DNA of 60,389 nt, filler included, from Dugesia japonica (Eukaryota): NCBI GenBank assembly GCA_001938525.1. It is 5 parts of 5 records of this genome, joined end to end, with 100 filler letters (N's around TTAATTAATTAA, not from the genome) between each part and the next. Parts side by side here need not be neighbours in the genome. Positions count along the whole stretch, not along the records: positions 51,346 to 60,389 come from MQRL01505024.1; 4 more parts are not named here. The stretch is one strand, 5' to 3'. Positions 55,701 to 60,389 of this stretch are shown here, piece after piece. The notes beneath the pieces were generated by a model. The model searched no databases. It was not told the origin of the DNA and saw only the letters and a program-made list of their open reading frames with translations. The stretch's first letter is position 1. The number at the start of each line of letters is the position of its first letter. A program made the translations under genes and the position numbers.

Positions 55701-55920
55701 TTTTATAAATTAAATTTTGAAAGTATTTTATTTCACATATTATTTCACTCCTTTCTTCTATTAATGCTTCTAATTCCATTTCAAGACATTTATTTTCTTC
55801 TTTACTATTTCTTATTTTATTTTTGTTTTATATATTTCATAATTTTTTTTAATTGAGTATCAACATCATCAAGATAAAGAAAATGATCAAAAGCCTCCAT
55901 TTTAATATTTTTTATTTTAA

Positions 55921-56529
55921 TCATAACACCTCATTAATCATTTTAAAATTTAATGTAATCTTTTGAAATGAAAAATTACTAGTTAATATCTTTGGAAACT
56001 TATCTACTAATTTACTAAATTGAATTAATTTATTTATATGTCTAAATGAATAATTAATTTTTTTTTCAACTAAATAATTTTTAAAGTTTGAAATATTTTT
56101 ATATTTCGATTTTAACATTAAAAGTAATTTTCCTAAATTTGAATAACCAATTAAACCAATTTGATTACTTTTAGTTATTACTTCATCCCACTGATAAATA
56201 TTTTTTATAATTTCCTCTTTATTTATAATCTCAGGAATTTCATATGTTTGAAAATCTGGAAGTGGTTTGAAAGATTTTAAAAGTTCTTGGTTAAAACTTT
56301 CTGGTTTGGATTTGTGTTTTTCTTTCTTAGGAATTATTATTTGCTTAGGAATTATTTTCCGTGGTTTTCTTGGTTTGCTCCGCTGTTTAATATTTTCTTT
56401 TTCTTCAATCTCTGTTTTAATTAATATTAATTTTAATATGATTTCCTTATAAAGTTTTTCATGTCTTGAAATACCCTTTTCAAACAAATCTGAAATAGTA
56501 GAATCTAAACGATTTACAACCCTACGCAT
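55921..56529 (-). CDS. Hypothetical viral protein (202 aa), basic linker plus helical C-terminal domain
   Basis: Intact ORF co-oriented with the integrase and ATPase. Its C-terminus aligns by eye with 54083-54964. Confidence 0.75.
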   Translation of the reverse strand: MRRVVNRLDSTISDLFEKGISRHEKLYKEIILKLILIKTEIEEKENIKQRSKPRKPRKIIPKQIIIPKKEKHKSKPESFNQELLKSFKPLPDFQTYEIPEIINKEEIIKNIYQWDEVITKSNQIGLIGYSNLGKLLLMLKSKYKNISNFKNYLVEKKINYSFRHINKLIQFSKLVDKFPKILTSNFSFQKITLNFKMINEVL

Positions 56530-56564
56530 TTTTATTGTTTATTTATTTAATCATAACCTTCTTT

Positions 56565-57857
56565 TTATAATAATGTTTTTTGTAATTCATTAGAATAAAA
56601 TCTTCCCAATATTTTGTTGCCGTTAAGATTACTGATTTCAAAACTAAAAGGTTTTTGATGATAAATTTTAGTAATAATATAAATTCTTTTTGACCATTTA
56701 AATTTATAACCTTTAGGAAATGTTTTTCCAATTTTAGTAATTCTTACTCTATCTCCAATTTTAAACTTTAACTTTTTGGTGTAAGGTTTTTCAGATTTAA
56801 GAGAAATACTTTCTGAACTTTTTGTTGCTTCTTGAGGTGTATTGTTAATTGTTGAATGTTTTGTGTTATTGTAATCATTTACAATTTTATCTATTAAATC
56901 TTGAGTGATATCCTGATTTCCAACAGCAGCAAAATGGTGAAAAAGCTTACTTTTAAATGTTCTATTAAATCTTTCAATAACAACTGCTTTTCCTTGATTT
57001 AAAGTTGAATACATTTCAATATTATTATTTTTACAAAAAGATTTAAATTTTGAATTATAAAACTCTTTACCTTCATCAACCCATAATTTATTTAGAGTTC
57101 TAAAACTTTTAGCTAAAATTCTTTCAAATGCTTTTGTTATTGATACTCCAGTTTTATTTTTAGAAAGTTCGACAAAAGCTAATCTTGTGTAAAGATCTAT
57201 AACTGTTAATATTACATTTTTCCCTTTTCTTTCCACACCTTGAAATATTAAATCTGCAGACCAAATATCATCTTTATCATTTACAATTACTTTTCTGAAA
57301 TGTTTTGGTTTTCTATATTCTTTATGAAGTTCTTTACTTTTTATAATATTTGCTTCAATCTCATCATCAGATTCTTCTTTTATAATTTTACTTTTTTTTA
57401 ATCCCTGGCCAATCATTATTTTACCTTTNNNNGCTAATTTTACAAGAGCTCTTTGAAATTTTTCTGTTAATGTTGGATTTTCAATATTATTCAAATCGTG
57501 TATTAAATTTACATCTGCAATATGTCTATCGCGGATATCTTCTGAATTATATGCAATATCATGTTTTAATGCTGCAGCATCAACTTGATTAATTGGTTCT
57601 TCACCTGGATTTGGTTCTTTATTTTCATTTAAACGAATATCTAATCTTGTTCCAGGACCAGTATAATTATGTTGAAATAAATGTCTTTCACCTGGATATT
57701 TTTTTGTTGTTATTGGTTTTAATAATGACGTTATTACACTTGAATTTTGTAAGTCACCTCCAGCTCGCTTACGCTCGCATATTTTTAAATGTCTAGCTTT
57801 ATTTTTCTTTAAAAGTATTTTACCACATTCTTCACATATAAAGTTTTTAGAGGACAT
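56565..57857 (-). CDS. Zn-finger / parvovirus-type phospholipase A2 / retroviral-like integrase fusion protein
   Basis: CEECGK...RHLKIC finger. PLA2: YTGPG Ca-loop, PINQVDAAALKHDIAY, RHIAD. Integrase: ELHK, WSADL, WVDEGKEFYN, IERFNRTFK, KFKIGDRVRI, GRFYSNELQK, typical of Polinton integrases. Confidence 0.93.
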   Translation of the reverse strand: MSSKNFICEECGKILLKKNKARHLKICERKRAGGDLQNSSVITSLLKPITTKKYPGERHLFQHNYTGPGTRLDIRLNENKEPNPGEEPINQVDAAALKHDIAYNSEDIRDRHIADVNLIHDLNNIENPTLTEKFQRALVKLXXKGKIMIGQGLKKSKIIKEESDDEIEANIIKSKELHKEYRKPKHFRKVIVNDKDDIWSADLIFQGVERKGKNVILTVIDLYTRLAFVELSKNKTGVSITKAFERILAKSFRTLNKLWVDEGKEFYNSKFKSFCKNNNIEMYSTLNQGKAVVIERFNRTFKSKLFHHFAAVGNQDITQDLIDKIVNDYNNTKHSTINNTPQEATKSSESISLKSEKPYTKKLKFKIGDRVRITKIGKTFPKGYKFKWSKRIYIITKIYHQKPFSFEISNLNGNKILGRFYSNELQKTLL

Positions 57858-57888
57858 TTATTATAATAAATAATTGCTTGTTAATCTT

Positions 57889-57942
57889 TAATATTTAAGA
57901 GGTAACATTTAACATTTAAGAGGTAATATTTTACATTTTTAC
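57889..57942. repeat. Short direct repeat (ATTTAAGAGGTAA x2) upstream of the integrase ORF
   Basis: Two ~21-bp tandem units in the MCP-integrase intergenic spacer. Confidence 0.6.
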
Positions 57943-57973
57943 CTAAAACAAGACCACTTTGTGATCATTTCTT

Positions 57974-59279
57974 TTATTTAATATCAACTCCTCTTACATT
58001 TTCAATCATGACAATTTTATTATTAGCTAATTTCATTTCTATATGTTTTTATTCAAGTATACACCAATAAACACTTCCTCTAAAATCTGGATCTTTATTT
58101 ATATGAAGTATTACATCAACATTATTAATGTTCATTTTATTATCATGAGCACTAACATCAAAACAAAATATTGGATATAAATTACTAAAATCTAAAAATG
58201 ACAATTGAGGTTCTGTAAAGAAATCACGACAACATTTTACATAATTCAAATAAGGATAAACCATTTCATTATTTTCTTTATTAAATTTACATTCATTAAT
58301 TGGATAAAAAGTATTATTTAATTGTATCTGCATAGATTTTAAATAAGAATGTTTTGGAACCTCTACATCTGGATTTCCTTCTTTGACTTTCTTGGTAGAT
58401 TTTTGTATAAATAAACTATTATTAATTTGATATGAAATTTCATTTTCTTTAAAACAAATTAAAATATATCTAGGTTGATATGCTAAACTACTAATTTTAA
58501 TTGAATAATATCCACCTGAATCTACATTTGATTTTGCAGTTATTCTATTTAAATATGAAACTTTAATAGGTTTATTTGTTACAATTCTTTCTAAAAGAGT
58601 TAATTTTGTTTTTGGTAATAATCTATATTCTGGAATGTGTAATTCAAGTGTAAAAAGTTTTAATGTTCCAGTTGCATCTTCATCTCCATAAAATAATAAT
58701 TTAGCAATCATTTGTCTATTACATCTAAACTCAATCATTGTATTATATAAAAGTCTATTATAATTTTGCATGAAACCAAATAAATTTCTTAATTGAAAAT
58801 AACCTTCAAATTTTTTACTTTCATAAAGTTTCTTTCTATAATAATATCCAAGATTATTTTTCCAACTTTTTACTTCAGTATCTCCTTTATTTATATCTGG
58901 TAACCAACCTGATATTTGTCCATATTCTTTTTTCCATATTTCAGTTGTGGTTATAAAATTTAACATTGTAGATATTACACCTGGATCATTTATAGTTTCT
59001 ACCCAAAGTTAATCTCATTGATTTAAATAAACTAGGTAAAAAGTTATTTTCTAATGTTATTTTATCTTTATCTTTATCTGGAATTGTAATTTCAATTCTA
59101 AAATATAACATTGAATTACAGATATCAAGTGGGTTTGTAGATTGAAGAGATTGAAATACAATATCACCACTTGGATTTAAATTATTTATTGATCCTGATG
59201 AAGGTGAAATTTTAAGGATATCATTTTTAATTGCTGTATGTGAAAATTCAATATTATTATCTAAATCCATTCCTGCCAT
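57974..59279 (-). pseudogene. Polinton/adintovirus major capsid protein (double jelly-roll), with one frameshift and a late premature stop
   Basis: N-terminal NLNPSGDIVF...LDICNSMLYF...LENNFLPSLFKSMRLTL. After a frameshift near 59000 it continues to QPRYILICF, IQLNNTFYP and FSNLYPIFCFDVS, about 435 aa in total. Confidence 0.88.
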
Positions 59280-59399
59280 TTTATAAAGATAAAAATTAAT
59301 ATTATACATAAAAAAGTATACCCCCCAGGGTTTTACTCGTAAATTACCTAATTCTTACATATATGCAGTTCGTGGGGTTATAATGTATTTTCAAAATTA

Positions 59400-60389
59400 A
59401 TTTTCCTTCTATAGATAACTTATATCGGATAGAATCCGGTCAAATTTGATATCGTGTAATTGAATGATAATTGAACTTTTGGAAGAATTTCATCCCAACA
59501 CTTCTCCTTTCCTCCAGATTTCAAAGATGTCTCTATCATATCTCTGACAATTCTAATTGAGCGTTCTGCTAAACCATTGGACATATGCAGAAATATGAAA
59601 TTTTGAAGCAAACTCTTGTAAAAAACCTTCATATATTGTAAATCCAGTTATTTAATAAGGCACTTTTGATCGTGTTTTCCTTTTGATTTGTAGTTCTAAT
59701 AAGACTAACTAACTTACTGAACTGATCAATTATGACTATCATGTTTTTATGCTGGATTTACTGTTATCCATATATGCAACATTTATCACGATTTGTTCCA
59801 TCGGTTTATTGCGTATCTTGTTATAAATTTGTCCTTAACATTTTCACTACTAAACTTCCTGTGCATACAAAAATGACATTCGCTGATAGCATTCTAAATA
59901 TCCGTAATCATATTCAGCCAGAAGAAATAATCAGATATATTTTGTTTTTTTTCTTTATTCTAACATGGCATAAATCTTTCTGTTCACAAAATTAGTTACC
60001 ATCTTTATTACTCATCTTTTGGGAACCATTATATTTTGCTCATCTTCTAACTTAATTAACAGCATATCGTCTTCAATTAAAAACATCTAAATATTTAAAA
60101 TACTGAGAGGTTTTTACCGTTTCTGATAATTTAACAGATTTGTCAATCAAACAAATTAGATTTCTTTAAATAATTCGTCTTCTTTAAATTTCTTTATGTA
60201 ATTGAGCGAATCACTTCTGAAAACGTTCATAATATTAAAAATATTTTACCTTAGACAATTTAGACTTGGCATTTTGTCTGGAATTGTGAACAATAACGAA
60301 AAGTCAGTCTTGACATACCATCAGCATTGAAATGATGATCCCCTTTTCTATACTTCAATACAAAATCATATTCTGATAACTCGTTTATC
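59400..60389 (-). pseudogene. Ty3/gypsy integrase remnant abutting the viral segment
   Basis: YRKGDHHFNADGMSR, a degenerate HHCC region and SNGLAERSIRIVRDMI...WDEILPKVQLSFN. Confidence 0.82.

Larger units (their letters stand above)
51346..59310. mobile_element. Endogenous Polinton/Maverick (adintovirus-like) virus segment
   Basis: Dense, intronless gene cluster with a capsid protein, A32/FtsK-type ATPase, rve integrase and PLA2 domain. It starts at a contig edge. No pPolB, protease or TIR is seen in the window. Confidence 0.9.

Noticed and set aside
55720-55900. Small coiled-coil ORF between paralog B and the ATPase
   Set aside because: It has a plausible start context but two in-frame stops and low complexity.

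Overview
Very AT-rich eukaryotic DNA, probably animal (a flatworm-like invertebrate is an inference, not proven). It consists of at least five contigs joined by an artificial N-TTAATTAATTAA-N spacer. It is a transposon graveyard around one host gene, the 3' exons of a minus-strand MFS monocarboxylate (SLC16-like) transporter. Mobile elements: several Ty3/gypsy remnants (two with both LTRs and 5-bp TSDs), a Penelope-like element with minimal hammerhead-ribozyme motifs in its pseudo-LTR family, a NeSL-like non-LTR element with Ulp1-type protease domain(s), piggyBac, hAT, Tc1 and pogo fragments, MITEs, and a 5.3-kb non-coding foldback-like element made of degenerate minisatellites. The most notable part is 51.3-59.3 kb, an endogenous Polinton/adintovirus-like virus segment. 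It holds a major capsid protein, a packaging ATPase, a membrane protein, an uninterrupted Zn-finger/parvovirus-type PLA2/integrase fusion ORF, two convergent paralogous orphan genes flanking the ATPase, and an orphan built of three tandem ~180-aa modules. All calls come from motif reading by eye; no searches were run.
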